This document shows, one piece after another, positions 28,169 through 38,361 of a DNA stretch of 64,000 bases. The translations under genes were made by a program, and so were the position numbers. The stretch covers positions 425,292-489,291 of the forward strand of contig JBAZXH010000001.1 in the NCBI GenBank assembly GCA_041659945.1. Direction: 5' to 3'. This DNA comes from Candidatus Pacearchaeota archaeon (GTDB taxonomy: Archaea > Nanobdellota > Nanobdellia > Pacearchaeales > GW2011-AR1). Below the pieces are notes generated by a model. That model made no database searches and had not been told where the DNA came from. It saw nothing but the letters and a program-made list of their open reading frames with translations. The stretch's first letter is position 1. The number at the start of each line of letters is the position of its first letter.

Positions 28169-28858
28169 CTATATCCCTTTGAACATTTCGTGATCTATTT
28201 GGTCTAATCTAGATTTTATTACTTCTAATTCTTTTTCCCAGTCATTTAATTCTTTTTCTTCTTTAGCTTTTATTGCTCGTATATTTTTTAGAAGAGATTC
28301 TATTTCAGAGACTCTTAATCTCACTTCATTAAATGTAGATATTGTTGATTCAAATTTATCTAATTTGATGAATAGCGGTTCTGTTTTTTTAACTCTTGGT
28401 TGAGTTTGTCTTGGTTCTGGCATGACCCATGTGGGTAATTGTTCTGTGTTATCCAGGCCAAGATCAACATCTTTGTTCATATTCATATCCATTGGTCTTT
28501 GTGGAAATGATCTTGGTTTAAATTCATCAATTTCCATTGTTCTTGTTTTCATTGGATTTGGTCTTGGTATTTGAGGCATGTAGGATGGTGTGCCAGGATA
28601 GAGATCTTCTTCTTGTATAACTGCTCCCTTTACTGCCTCTTGACTCATTCTTTGTCCAATGCCAGAATTAGGATAGGATGGTAAAGAATAAGACCTCATC
28701 GACGGAGGAGCAGGTAGTTCAGGAATATTAAAGTCTTCTTCCATTGGAACCTCTTGCATTTCTTGAGGAGGTTCTGGAACTGCAGGTAATTGTGGAACTT
28801 GTTGCGGTCCGGTTACGTTCACCTCGTTATTTTCTTTGTTTTTATTGAAAAAACCCAT
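28169..28858 (-). CDS. hypothetical protein with a Pro/Gln-rich N-terminal half and an alpha-helical C-terminus
   Basis: It has PxxP-rich low complexity followed by a coiled-coil-like tail. Confidence 0.4.
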   Translation of the reverse strand: MGFFNKNKENNEVNVTGPQQVPQLPAVPEPPQEMQEVPMEEDFNIPELPAPPSMRSYSLPSYPNSGIGQRMSQEAVKGAVIQEEDLYPGTPSYMPQIPRPNPMKTRTMEIDEFKPRSFPQRPMDMNMNKDVDLGLDNTEQLPTWVMPEPRQTQPRVKKTEPLFIKLDKFESTISTFNEVRLRVSEIESLLKNIRAIKAKEEKELNDWEKELEVIKSRLDQIDHEMFKGI

Positions 28859-28972
28859 ATAGTTAATTTTGAAATTTAGTATTTATATGTTTATATTAAT
28901 TCTGAAATGGTAACAGTTTATAGTTATGCTAAATAGAAAGATATATTAATACTTGCAATCGTATAAAAAATT

Positions 28973-29695
28973 ATGAAAGTAGAGTTTCTAAAAGATGTTG
29001 CTTTAATGGTTGCTGGTAAGAACACTGGGCAAATTGTTGATTTGCTCTTTGATAAGAAAAATGTAAATGAATTTTTGATTGCAAAGAAATTGGGATTGAC
29101 TATAAATCAAACAAGAAACATTTTATACAAACTTTCTGACGAGGGATTGGTATCTTTTACTAGAAAAAAAGATAAGAAGAAGGGATGGTATACTTATTTT
29201 TGGACATTTAATACAGATAAGGCTCTTATGCTACTGAGAAAAAAATTAATTGAAGATATTGATCAATTTGAACATCAACTTAAAAGTAGAGAGATTAAAA
29301 GATTTTACATTTGTAAAACATGTAATTTTGAGATTACTGAAGAAAATGCTTTGGTTCATAATTTTACCTGTCCAGAGTGTGGTGAAGTTTATGAGCTGTT
29401 TGATAATAAAAAGTCTATCAATGAAATAAATTCTCAAATTAATAGACTTAAAAGAGAGTTATCTGAAATTGAGAAGGAACTTGATATAATTAATAAAGAC
29501 AAACAGAAAAAAACTGAAAGAGATGCTAAAAAGCTTGAAAAGGAGAAGCTTGAGAAAAGGAGAAAAGCTCAGTTTGAAAGACAAAAAGAAAAGAAAAAAC
29601 TTGAAAGAAAGTTAAATAAAGGCAAAAAGAAAGTTCCTGTAAAAGTTGTCAAAAAGAAAACTTCTAAAAAACAAACAAAAAAGAAAAGATGTTAA
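28973..29695 (+). CDS. tfe: transcription factor E (TFIIE-alpha homolog) with a long Lys-rich C-terminal tail
   Basis: A winged-helix N-terminus is followed by the zinc ribbon CKTCNFEI...CPECG, then a KKEK-rich tail. Confidence 0.65.
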   Translation: MKVEFLKDVALMVAGKNTGQIVDLLFDKKNVNEFLIAKKLGLTINQTRNILYKLSDEGLVSFTRKKDKKKGWYTYFWTFNTDKALMLLRKKLIEDIDQFEHQLKSREIKRFYICKTCNFEITEENALVHNFTCPECGEVYELFDNKKSINEINSQINRLKRELSEIEKELDIINKDKQKKTERDAKKLEKEKLEKRRKAQFERQKEKKKLERKLNKGKKKVPVKVVKKKTSKKQTKKKRC

Positions 29696-29744
29696 AAATT
29701 ATGAATAATTTTACCTTAAACTCTATCAAGCTAAAGGAAAAGAG

Positions 29745-30626
29745 ATGAATAAGACATTAAGAACTTACACTAGGAAAAATCTTGGTGAAAGTTTTTTTAG
29801 TAAATTAAGTATAACTACTTGGTTAATTATAGTTAATGTAATTGCTTTTATTTTAGTTCAAATTGTTTTGGTTTGGAATAAGGATTTGCTTCAGTATCTT
29901 GCGCTTACTCCAGCATATGTTGTTCATGGAAAATATCTTTGGACAATTGTTACTAGTGTGTTTATGCATGCCGATATAATGCATCTTCTCTTTAATATGA
30001 TTTCTTTGTTCTTTATAGGAAAGTTTGTTGAGAAAATACTTGGAAGAAAGAGATTTTTATCATTTTATTTAATTGCTGGAATTTTTGCATCTATAATGTT
30101 TGCTTTACTTGCAGGTTATTTTGGAGTGAATCCTTTTTGGGGTAAAATACTTGGTGATCCTTTAATTCCCGGAGTGGGGGCATCTGGAGCAATATTTGGT
30201 TTAATCGGTGTGTTGGCTTTGCTTACTCCAAAGGCTAGAGTTTATTTAATTGCAGGACCTTTGATTGCAATAGTTATAGAAGCAATTATTGGTTCGGTTC
30301 CACAACTTTCTGCTGTCTATTCCATAGTTTCGGTGGTTGTTAGTGTGTACATAGTTATATCTTTGTTTGCAATGTTTTCTTTTAGATCTAAATGGTTAAA
30401 AATTAGTTTACCAGTGAATATTCCTTTTTGGTCAATACCAATAATTGCTATTGTTCCTTTGATAATTATTGGATTTTTCTGGCCGTTACCAATTGGTAAT
30501 ATAGCTCATCTTGCAGGTTTTGCTGCTGGTGCTGTTTATGGTTTGTATTTGAGAAGTAAATATCCTAATAAAATTAAATTGTTAAATCGTTATATAGGAG
30601 TTAACGATGACAGGCAAAGCTCATGA
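29745..30626 (+). CDS. rhomboid-family intramembrane serine protease
   Basis: The GASGAIFGLIG (GxSG) motif and the AHLAGF histidine are present, in a protein with 6-7 TM helices. Confidence 0.8.
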   Translation: MNKTLRTYTRKNLGESFFSKLSITTWLIIVNVIAFILVQIVLVWNKDLLQYLALTPAYVVHGKYLWTIVTSVFMHADIMHLLFNMISLFFIGKFVEKILGRKRFLSFYLIAGIFASIMFALLAGYFGVNPFWGKILGDPLIPGVGASGAIFGLIGVLALLTPKARVYLIAGPLIAIVIEAIIGSVPQLSAVYSIVSVVVSVYIVISLFAMFSFRSKWLKISLPVNIPFWSIPIIAIVPLIIIGFFWPLPIGNIAHLAGFAAGAVYGLYLRSKYPNKIKLLNRYIGVNDDRQSS

Positions 30627-31381
30627 ATTTTAGAAAGAAAAAAGAGTATGATGATGCAAGGTTTAGTGTACTTTTAGTTGTATTTGGAATTCTTTTGTTG
30701 ATTTTGGAGAGTTTGGCAAATAAAGGTGAGATTGTTTTTAATTTGTTTATGTTCGTTGGAATGTTGGGATTTGTTTTTGTTTTAATTGGAGGATTTATTT
30801 ATTTTAACTCAACTGGTAAGAGGAACTTTACTAAGAGTTGGGATTTTATAAAAAAGTCTAGAAATTATATTTTATTTGTTGTTATCTTGCTTTTGATCTT
30901 TGGGTTTATTGGCTTTGTTTTTCAACCACCAGCTTTGGTTGAAATGCTTAAGAAAATTATTCAGGAATTACTTGACAAAGCTAATAATCTGAATTTTATT
31001 GAAATGTTCTGGTTTATTTTTAGAAATAATGTTGGAGTTGCAGTAATGTCAATTGTTTTTGGAATAGTATTTGCTATTTTTCCTATTTTAACAATAATCT
31101 CTAATGGATATATGTTAGGTTTTGTTGCCAATAAAGCAATTGAGAGTGGAGGAATCTTTGTTATTTGGAAGTTATTTCCTCACGGAATATTTGAATTGCC
31201 CGCAATAATTATTTCTCTTGCTTTTGGAATAAAACTCGGGTTATTTTTATTTTCAAAAAATCCTAAAAAATCATTGGTTTCTCATTTGATGAATGCAGCA
31301 AGAGTTTTCTTTTTTATAATCGTGCCTTTGTTGCTAATTGCTGCTTTGATTGAGACGAGTTTGATTTTTCTTTTGGGGTAA
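30623..31381 (+). CDS. polytopic membrane protein, SpoIIM/DUF95-like
   Basis: The hydrophobicity pattern fits. It overlaps the rhomboid gene's stop by 4 bp. Confidence 0.4.
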   Translation: MNFRKKKEYDDARFSVLLVVFGILLLILESLANKGEIVFNLFMFVGMLGFVFVLIGGFIYFNSTGKRNFTKSWDFIKKSRNYILFVVILLLIFGFIGFVFQPPALVEMLKKIIQELLDKANNLNFIEMFWFIFRNNVGVAVMSIVFGIVFAIFPILTIISNGYMLGFVANKAIESGGIFVIWKLFPHGIFELPAIIISLAFGIKLGLFLFSKNPKKSLVSHLMNAARVFFFIIVPLLLIAALIETSLIFLLG

Positions 31382-31432
31382 CGAAGGAAACCAAGGTTTC
31401 CTACCGTCCTACCTTCCTTTTGACAAAAATAC

Positions 31433-32608
31433 CTAAAACCAGTCTCTCAATCTTTTTTGCTTACCAAACTCTTTGAGAAGGGTTGATTGTTCTTTGAATT
31501 TGAATATTGGAAGATAAATTCTTTTTTGGGCTTCTATTAATGCTTCGCTTATTGATGAGAATTTTTCCGGTGGAGATTGGAAAGCTTTTCTTGAGGCTTC
31601 TCTTAGAATTCCAACTCCTAGAGGAAAATTATATTCTGGACGGACTTCTCTGAAGAAGATGCATGAAGCTTGTCTTTTTATCTTTATTAGGTATTCACAG
31701 AGTGCTAAACGATTTGCATAGTAAGCTCCGGTTACACTATCTGCATAGGTTTTTCTTGGAAAAAAACCTTCATAGTCTTTTGAAAATTGAATTGATTCTA
31801 AAAGTTCTTTATTTATTTCCAGTGAGGGAATGCGCGTTTCTATTACTTCAAATGAAAATTTATCTGGCAACAGAAGGATTTCATAGTGATTTCCAACATA
31901 ATCTCCGTGAAATAATTGAAATTCATTTATTTCTGGAAGAAAACGTATTTGAGAGAGCATATCTTTTGAAAGGGAATCGTCTGTTGCAGTGATTGCCCAT
32001 CTTGTTGGCACCATTCTTCTATTGTCTTTTAAACCTAGAAGCCCTGCAGAGAGAATTTTTATTATGCTACTGATTTGTATTTTACTTTTGTAAAGATCTT
32101 TAATGGCATTTATTGACTTTAGTCTTTCGTCGCTAACAACATAGTCAACCTTTCGTTCTATTTTTGGATTTTCCTGAATTTTTATTTTATCTAGGGGAGC
32201 TGGATTGCCAATAAATGGAACTGAATTTTCCCTTAGTGGATGAAAGATTGGCTGTTTTTTAAGAATAAACTCTGCCCTTACTGAATTGTTTGACATGGCT
32301 ACTTGGTTTAGTGCAGAGATTAATTTTTGATCTGTTTTTATTTTTTTTATGTCTGTTTTAAATCGTGAATAGATCATTTTTTCTCTATAGGACATTACCT
32401 GATCTATTGTTAGATTATCTTTTACCCAGGTTTCTGGCATGCTTAGATCTGTTGTTTGACCAGTTTCCAGTGGAGAAAGGATTCCAGTATAAACATTTGG
32501 ATAGTCTTTTTGACCAACAAATATCTCGGGCGGAGAGCTACCTATGAATTGTGTTTTACGGAAGTTAGGAATTTCTTTTTTAGGGTTGCTTTTTAATTCT
32601 ATATTCAT
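31433..32608 (-). CDS. hypothetical protein (possibly Nre-family; weak)
   Basis: It is 391 aa and soluble, with a conserved-looking C-terminus (YYANRLALCEYL) and no clear motifs. Confidence 0.35.
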   Translation of the reverse strand: MNIELKSNPKKEIPNFRKTQFIGSSPPEIFVGQKDYPNVYTGILSPLETGQTTDLSMPETWVKDNLTIDQVMSYREKMIYSRFKTDIKKIKTDQKLISALNQVAMSNNSVRAEFILKKQPIFHPLRENSVPFIGNPAPLDKIKIQENPKIERKVDYVVSDERLKSINAIKDLYKSKIQISSIIKILSAGLLGLKDNRRMVPTRWAITATDDSLSKDMLSQIRFLPEINEFQLFHGDYVGNHYEILLLPDKFSFEVIETRIPSLEINKELLESIQFSKDYEGFFPRKTYADSVTGAYYANRLALCEYLIKIKRQASCIFFREVRPEYNFPLGVGILREASRKAFQSPPEKFSSISEALIEAQKRIYLPIFKFKEQSTLLKEFGKQKRLRDWF

Positions 32609-32670
32609 TTAATTTTTAGAAAAAGAGTTTATTTATTGTTTGTTATAGTCTTTGGAAAGTAATACTCTTT

Positions 32671-32812
32671 GAAAATGCATAGACAATTGTTCACATCTGT
32701 TCACAAAACTTCAGTAGGTTTAATTTAAAATGCTTAATCTAGCTCATATTATGGTTTAATAGCTTTAAACTTTGAATTTTGCAGAGCAATAATTCTTATG
32801 GTGTGATTTCAA
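32671..32812 (+). repeat. conserved intergenic element, copy A of 3
   Basis: It shares a 5' module (gaaaat...caattGTTCACatcTGTTCACaaaacttca) and a 3' module (tagctttaaactttgaattttgc...gcaataattcttatggtgtgatttcaa) with 39441..39567 and 48895..49030. Confidence 0.6.
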
Positions 32813-32877
32813 TAAGACAAAACCCAAATTAGCATTAGGAATAGTTGAGAGATGCTAATTTGATTAGAATTATTTGA

Positions 32878-33081
32878 CTAGTTCTTTAGATCGCTTATGC
32901 CAAGCATTAGGAAAAGTAGGCCTAGGAAAAATACAACCCAGACTATTCCTCCCTTAAGTACTAGCCATGTTGCATCACCGAAACTTTTCAGGTAGTCTGG
33001 TAAAAAGCTAAACTTGAATGCTACAGCAATAGCAACAAGTACCAGTACTAACCCTATTATAATTTCAAGCCATTTGTTCAT
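32878..33081 (-). CDS. small membrane protein, hypothetical
   Basis: It has two hydrophobic helices. Confidence 0.3.
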   Translation of the reverse strand: MNKWLEIIIGLVLVLVAIAVAFKFSFLPDYLKSFGDATWLVLKGGIVWVVFFLGLLFLMLGISDLKN

Positions 33082-33232
33082 GGTGTTTAATTAAATAGTT
33101 TATACTTTAAAAAGTTATTTATCCTCTTGAAGTGGGTTATTTGTTGTTATTGTTAATTGATGAAAAAGATTTTTTATTTTATTGTTTTTATGAATGCGAA
33201 AGAGTTAAAAATACAAAAAAATTAGAGTATAT

Positions 33233-34015
33233 ATGAAAAGGAGTGTGATTTTAGGTTTACTTTTGTTTGTGGGAGTTATTTTAAGTGTATCTTTGATTTC
33301 TGCTGTTGTAGAAAATTGTAATAATTGGGTTGATGATAATGGAAATGGTTTAATTGATTATGCTGATTCCTATTGCAAGCCTTTTTGTATATCTCCAAAA
33401 GTTGTGACTTTTATTGAAGGAGGTATTGGTGATGGAAATCCGGGTTTTATTACAGAAAATTATTTTGCTTTGTGTTGCAATAAAAAAGAGTGTATGGGTT
33501 TTGGATTTTGTGCTAAAAACGGAAGTGTTTCGGGATCTGCTGTTTGTTCTGCCAATAGCACAAAAGCTGTTTGGTGTAAAAAAGGTTTTATAAATGATGA
33601 AACTGGCAGATGCATAAATAAAAGTGCTCCTGAAAAATGTTATAATTTTATTGATGATAATGGTGATGGAAAAACAGATTTTGTTGATGCTACTTGTGCA
33701 AGTAAATGTTTAAGTTTTGGTAAGAAAGTAACTTATACAGAGATTGGTAATGGAACTGGGGCTCCAAGAGGCCTTATTAAGGATACTAAAATTGCAGGGT
33801 GTTGTTTAGCTAATGAATGTTACATAAAGGGAACTGGTTGTGTGAATGATAGTACTGCTGTAGGTAATTATAGATGTTCTGTTTTAGGTAGTAGTGCTGT
33901 TTGGTGTAATAGCGATCATTTTCATAATAACGGTTTAGGTTTTTGTGTTGATCTATTGGATAAATGGGGGATAAGGTACTGTACGCCTAGAAAGTGTGGA
34001 CTTAGTATTCATTAA
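33233..34015 (+). CDS. secreted cysteine-rich protein with two DxNGNGxxD calcium-binding-like loops
   Basis: It has a signal peptide, the loops VDDNGNGLIDYAD and IDDNGDGKTDFVD, and a repeated Cys pattern. Confidence 0.5.
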   Translation: MKRSVILGLLLFVGVILSVSLISAVVENCNNWVDDNGNGLIDYADSYCKPFCISPKVVTFIEGGIGDGNPGFITENYFALCCNKKECMGFGFCAKNGSVSGSAVCSANSTKAVWCKKGFINDETGRCINKSAPEKCYNFIDDNGDGKTDFVDATCASKCLSFGKKVTYTEIGNGTGAPRGLIKDTKIAGCCLANECYIKGTGCVNDSTAVGNYRCSVLGSSAVWCNSDHFHNNGLGFCVDLLDKWGIRYCTPRKCGLSIH

Positions 34016-35102
34016 GGTAAAAATGATTAAAAAACAAAATAAACATAAAAAATTTGTGAATAAAAAAGTATTAATTATACTTGGAGTTGTTTTCTTAGTT
34101 TTGGTCTTGGCCTTTATGTTTGTTAAGATTAATAATTCTTTAGATAAAAATGTTACTGGAAAATCTTTTGCTGAACCGTGTGAAAATGATGACGAATGTG
34201 ATCCTGGAGAATATTGTAACTTTGAAAAAGGATATTGTGATATTTATAAGGATTGTGAAAATGATGAGGAATGTTGGGTTGGTAGAGAAGTATGTGATGA
34301 AAATGGCCATTGTGTAGATAAACCCTGTGAGAATTCTGATGACTGCGATAATTATTATGATACTTGTGTAGATGGCAAGTGTCGCCTAAAAGATTGTGAT
34401 CCTGATGATCCGAATTCTTGTCCTGATGGAGGCATTTGTTTTCCAAATTCTTGTGAAGCTGGAAATTGTTGTTATCGTGGAGAGTGCGTACATAATGGAG
34501 ATTGTCCTGATAACTATGAATGTGAAAAAGGAAAATGTGTTCCATCTGCTAAATATTTCTGTGAAGATGCTGGTGGTTCATCTGGAACAGATTCAGATGT
34601 ATATGAACCCGGCTATGTATTTTATCTTGCAGGTTATGATCCTCAAGGAAATCCATTAAGAGGTCTTATGTCTGATTCGTGTTCAGGAGATCAAAAGGGA
34701 GTTTATGAAGGTGATTGTAAACCAAGACATCATTATGTTTACTATTATTGTAAAGGTGGAGAAATGTGTTGGCCAGATCTTGCATATACTACTTATGGAG
34801 GAGCAAATACATATTATTTGGCTGCATGTGGAAAAACCACTTGTAAAGATACTGATGCAGATGCCAAAAATATATATCAAACAAAAGGAAGTGCAACAAC
34901 ATATGTTAATGGGGAAGAATATGAAACTTTAACAGACTATTGTGTTAGCGATGTTCAGGTTATGGAATATCAATGTACATATGGTTATCCTGCGGCAAAT
35001 GGATGTCAGGTTGCATATTATGTTCCAGGTTATCATAATTGCGGAGAAATGTTTGGAATAAAATATCATTGTGTCAATGGGGCCTGTGTTTACAAGCCGT
35101 AG
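33996..35102 (+). CDS. secreted cysteine-rich protein
   Basis: An N-terminal TM or signal sequence is followed by CENDDECDPGEYC-type repeats. Confidence 0.5.
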   Translation: MDLVFIKVKMIKKQNKHKKFVNKKVLIILGVVFLVLVLAFMFVKINNSLDKNVTGKSFAEPCENDDECDPGEYCNFEKGYCDIYKDCENDEECWVGREVCDENGHCVDKPCENSDDCDNYYDTCVDGKCRLKDCDPDDPNSCPDGGICFPNSCEAGNCCYRGECVHNGDCPDNYECEKGKCVPSAKYFCEDAGGSSGTDSDVYEPGYVFYLAGYDPQGNPLRGLMSDSCSGDQKGVYEGDCKPRHHYVYYYCKGGEMCWPDLAYTTYGGANTYYLAACGKTTCKDTDADAKNIYQTKGSATTYVNGEEYETLTDYCVSDVQVMEYQCTYGYPAANGCQVAYYVPGYHNCGEMFGIKYHCVNGACVYKP

Positions 35103-35185
35103 ATGAGATAAACTTTTTTCTTCTTCTCTTCGAATCAAATCGAAGTCTTGGAATTATTTATAAAGTGTGTTTTCTAATATATATC

Positions 35186-37654
35186 ATGAAGAACACAGGT
35201 AGCAAACAAGATAAGAGTGGAAATACTAAAGTTGTGTTGATAGTTTTAGTGTCGGTAGTTGCTCTGGTGATATTATTATCTTTGCTTGTTGGAATTGGTT
35301 ATTATATTTTAAATAAGCCTGCTCCGAATTATAATGTTAGCTATAGTGGTGAATTGAAGAAATTTAGTTCTTTGGAAGATATGCAGAGTTTTGTTAAACA
35401 AAGTCAGGATTTAGGTTATAACTCTTATTATAGTGAAGGAAGAACTTTTTTCCAGGGTTTTAATTTCTTTACTAAAGGTACAGTTGCTGCTCCGGGAGTA
35501 AATATGGCCATGGATTCGGCTGGAACTGGCGAGAGTGCTTCTACAGATTATTCTCAGACAAACATTCAAGTTGAGGGTGTTGATGAAGCTGATATGGTTA
35601 AGAATGATGGTAAGTATATTTATACTGTTAATGGGCAGAATGTTGTTATTACTCAAGCATATCCTGCATCTGATATGAAAGTTGTTGGCAAAATAGATTT
35701 GAACAAAAGTATTGGAAATATTTTCTTAAATGGTGATAGATTAGTTTTATTTGCTCAAGATTATGAAAGAGAACCGATTCTTTATAATAAAGTTTCTGAG
35801 GCTTTTTGTGGTGAAGGAGGTTGTGGAGGGTATGACTCTAAATCTTTTACTGTTGTTTATGTATATGATGTTTCTGATAGAGAGAAACCTGTTTTGGAGA
35901 AGAATTACTCTTTAGAAGGTAATTATCTTAATTCACGTATGATTGGAGATTATGTTTATGTTCTTTCACAAAAATCAGTTTATCAAAATGTTGAACCTCC
36001 AATATATAGAATTAATGGCGTTGAATCAACAATTGCTCCTAATGATGTTTATTACTTTGATTATCTTGATAATAGTTATGTTTTTACATCAATCTCAGCA
36101 ATTGAACTTGGAGGAGATAAATTTTCAACTCAAGTTTATTTAACAGGTTATACAAGTACTGTTTATGTTTCACAAGAAAATATTTACCTAGCTCATGAAA
36201 AAACAATGAGTTATACCCAGTATAGTGACTTGCTTATTAGGGAAGTTTATTTGGATATTGCTCCTGAAAGTTTGAAGGTTCAAATAAATAGTATAGTTAA
36301 TTCTGATAAACCCGGTTATGAAAAAATTAGTTCTGTTAAGAAGTTAATTGGAGATTATTCAAATTCTCTTAGTGGTACTGAAAAATCAGAGTTTGATACA
36401 AAGCTTATGAATTCCTTGGATAATTTTGAAAAAGAAATAGCAAAGAAACAACAGATGACTGGAGTTCATAAAATTGCAATAGATAAAGATAAAATTGAAT
36501 ATAAAGCCAATGGAGAGTTTCCAGGTTATATTTTAAATCAATTTTCAATGGATGAGTATAATGGAAATTTTAGAGTTGCTACAACAACTGGAGAAGTTTG
36601 GAGTGGAAATAGTTTGAATCATTTGTACATTTTAAATAAAGATTTGGAAGTTGTTGGAAAGGTTGAGGATTTAGCTAAAGGAGAAAAAGTTTATTCAGCA
36701 AGGTTTTTAGGAGATAGAGCATACATAGTTACATTTAAGAAAATTGATCCTCTTTTTGTAATTGATGTTTCTAATCCACAAGATCCGCAAGTTTTAGGTT
36801 ATTTGAAAATAAGTGGTTTTTCAGATTATCTTCATCCATATGATGAAAATCATGTTATTGGAATTGGAAAGGAAGCTCGTGGAGGAAATGAACAGTTTGC
36901 TTGGTATCAGGGAGTGAAAGTTGCGCTTTTTGATGTAACTAATGTTTCTAATCCTTTGGAAGTTGGAAAGATTGAGATAGGAGATAGAGGAACTGATAGC
37001 CCGGCTTTGAATGATCATAAAGCAGTTCTTTTTGATAAAGAAAGAAATTTATTAGTTTTACCAATAACTCTTGCTGAAATAAATAAAACAAAGTATAGAA
37101 ATTGTAGTGCTGAAGAAACTAGAGATTATAGAAGTTATGATTATTGTTTAACAGATAATACCTATGGTGAACCTGTTTGGCAAGGTGCTTATGTTTTAAA
37201 TGTTAATCTTGATGGAATTAGTTTAAGAGGAAAAATAACTCATAAGGAAGATTATGCTGGGCCTACATATGGGCCTGCTGAAAATGAACCTATTGGCGCC
37301 ATTAGAGCTGATGATCAAGGCAGAGTTTGGACTAAGACTAATATAACTCATTATGAATATTCAACTTACAGATATGGCCAGTGGAGAACAAACGCAGCAG
37401 GTTATGAACGTATGACCTACAGTGATTATGAAATAGACAATTTCCCTGGAGGAGTTAATTATCTTCAAAATAGAATTTATGATTATAAAACTCAAATTCA
37501 AAGAAGTTTATATATGGATGATATGCTTTATACTGTTTCGCTGGGTAAAATAAAAGCAAATAAACTTAGCGATTTAACTGAAGTTAGTAGGGTTGATTTA
37601 CCATACAATGAAGGATATTATGGTTATTATGGCGATATGCCCATGGCCATTTAA
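35186..37654 (+). CDS. secreted beta-propeller domain protein (Beta_propel/COG4880-like)
   Basis: The N-terminal TM helix is followed by SSLEDMQSFVKQSQ...TNIQVEGVDEADMVKNDGKYIYTV, which is the characteristic start of this family. The start is taken at the ATG at 35186, and the track ORF begins at 35039. Confidence 0.65.
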   Translation: MKNTGSKQDKSGNTKVVLIVLVSVVALVILLSLLVGIGYYILNKPAPNYNVSYSGELKKFSSLEDMQSFVKQSQDLGYNSYYSEGRTFFQGFNFFTKGTVAAPGVNMAMDSAGTGESASTDYSQTNIQVEGVDEADMVKNDGKYIYTVNGQNVVITQAYPASDMKVVGKIDLNKSIGNIFLNGDRLVLFAQDYEREPILYNKVSEAFCGEGGCGGYDSKSFTVVYVYDVSDREKPVLEKNYSLEGNYLNSRMIGDYVYVLSQKSVYQNVEPPIYRINGVESTIAPNDVYYFDYLDNSYVFTSISAIELGGDKFSTQVYLTGYTSTVYVSQENIYLAHEKTMSYTQYSDLLIREVYLDIAPESLKVQINSIVNSDKPGYEKISSVKKLIGDYSNSLSGTEKSEFDTKLMNSLDNFEKEIAKKQQMTGVHKIAIDKDKIEYKANGEFPGYILNQFSMDEYNGNFRVATTTGEVWSGNSLNHLYILNKDLEVVGKVEDLAKGEKVYSARFLGDRAYIVTFKKIDPLFVIDVSNPQDPQVLGYLKISGFSDYLHPYDENHVIGIGKEARGGNEQFAWYQGVKVALFDVTNVSNPLEVGKIEIGDRGTDSPALNDHKAVLFDKERNLLVLPITLAEINKTKYRNCSAEETRDYRSYDYCLTDNTYGEPVWQGAYVLNVNLDGISLRGKITHKEDYAGPTYGPAENEPIGAIRADDQGRVWTKTNITHYEYSTYRYGQWRTNAAGYERMTYSDYEIDNFPGGVNYLQNRIYDYKTQIQRSLYMDDMLYTVSLGKIKANKLSDLTEVSRVDLPYNEGYYGYYGDMPMAI

Positions 37655-37673
37655 TTTTTAAACTTTAATTTTA

Positions 37674-38327
37674 TTGATAAAAATGTCAAACAAAAAGTAT
37701 ATTATGGTTTCTTTGGATGATGAAAAGCTAGGCGTTTTAGCTGAAGTTCTTTCTAATAAAACTGCTAAAAAGATAATTGAATTTTTGGCTGATAGGGAAG
37801 CGAGTGAGAGTGAAATTTCTCAGGATTTAAAGTTGCCTGCTAATACTGTTAATTATAATGTTAAAAAGTTGCTTGAAGCTGGGCTTATTGAAAAGTCTGG
37901 AAATTATCTGTGGAGTTTAAGAGGAAAAAAGATAATAAAATATAGAGTAGCTAAGAAGTCAATTATAATAAGTCCTAAAAGTTCAAATGTGATTAAAGTT
38001 GTGAGTACGGTTTTAATTACTGGGATTGCTGCTGTTTTAGTTAAAGTATTTGGCGAGGGTTTTATTCAGAAAGGTGCAGATGTTCCGGCAAGAGTTGATA
38101 TGTTTAATTATGCTAATCAAACAGCTGGTAATCTTACGATGGCTGATGCTGCCGGTTTATCTCAGGAGGCTGTTAAGTGTGCTCCGGCAGATATTGTGGC
38201 GGGTAATCTTACTACAGCTGCTACTCCAACACTAATTTCTCAACCTTGGCTTTGGTTTGTTGTTGGTGCGTTGGTTTTAGGTGTTGTTTATTTGGTTTTG
38301 AGTAATGTTAAGTTGAAAAGGAAATGA
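37674..38327 (+). CDS. membrane-anchored winged-HTH (ArsR-like) regulator
   Basis: It has an N-terminal wHTH (AKKIIEFLADREASESEISQDLKLPANTVNYNVKKLLEAGLIE) and a C-terminal TM helix. Confidence 0.55.
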   Translation: MIKMSNKKYIMVSLDDEKLGVLAEVLSNKTAKKIIEFLADREASESEISQDLKLPANTVNYNVKKLLEAGLIEKSGNYLWSLRGKKIIKYRVAKKSIIISPKSSNVIKVVSTVLITGIAAVLVKVFGEGFIQKGADVPARVDMFNYANQTAGNLTMADAAGLSQEAVKCAPADIVAGNLTTAATPTLISQPWLWFVVGALVLGVVYLVLSNVKLKRK

Positions 38328-38361
38328 GCTTAAAGGTTAAGTTTATTAATCTCTTTTTTAT

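Noticed and set aside
28973-29695. Whether the Lys-rich C-terminal tail of TFE is a separate fused histone-like domain.
   Set aside because: It is low-complexity KKEK repeat sequence with no fold signature, and is probably a disordered basic tail.
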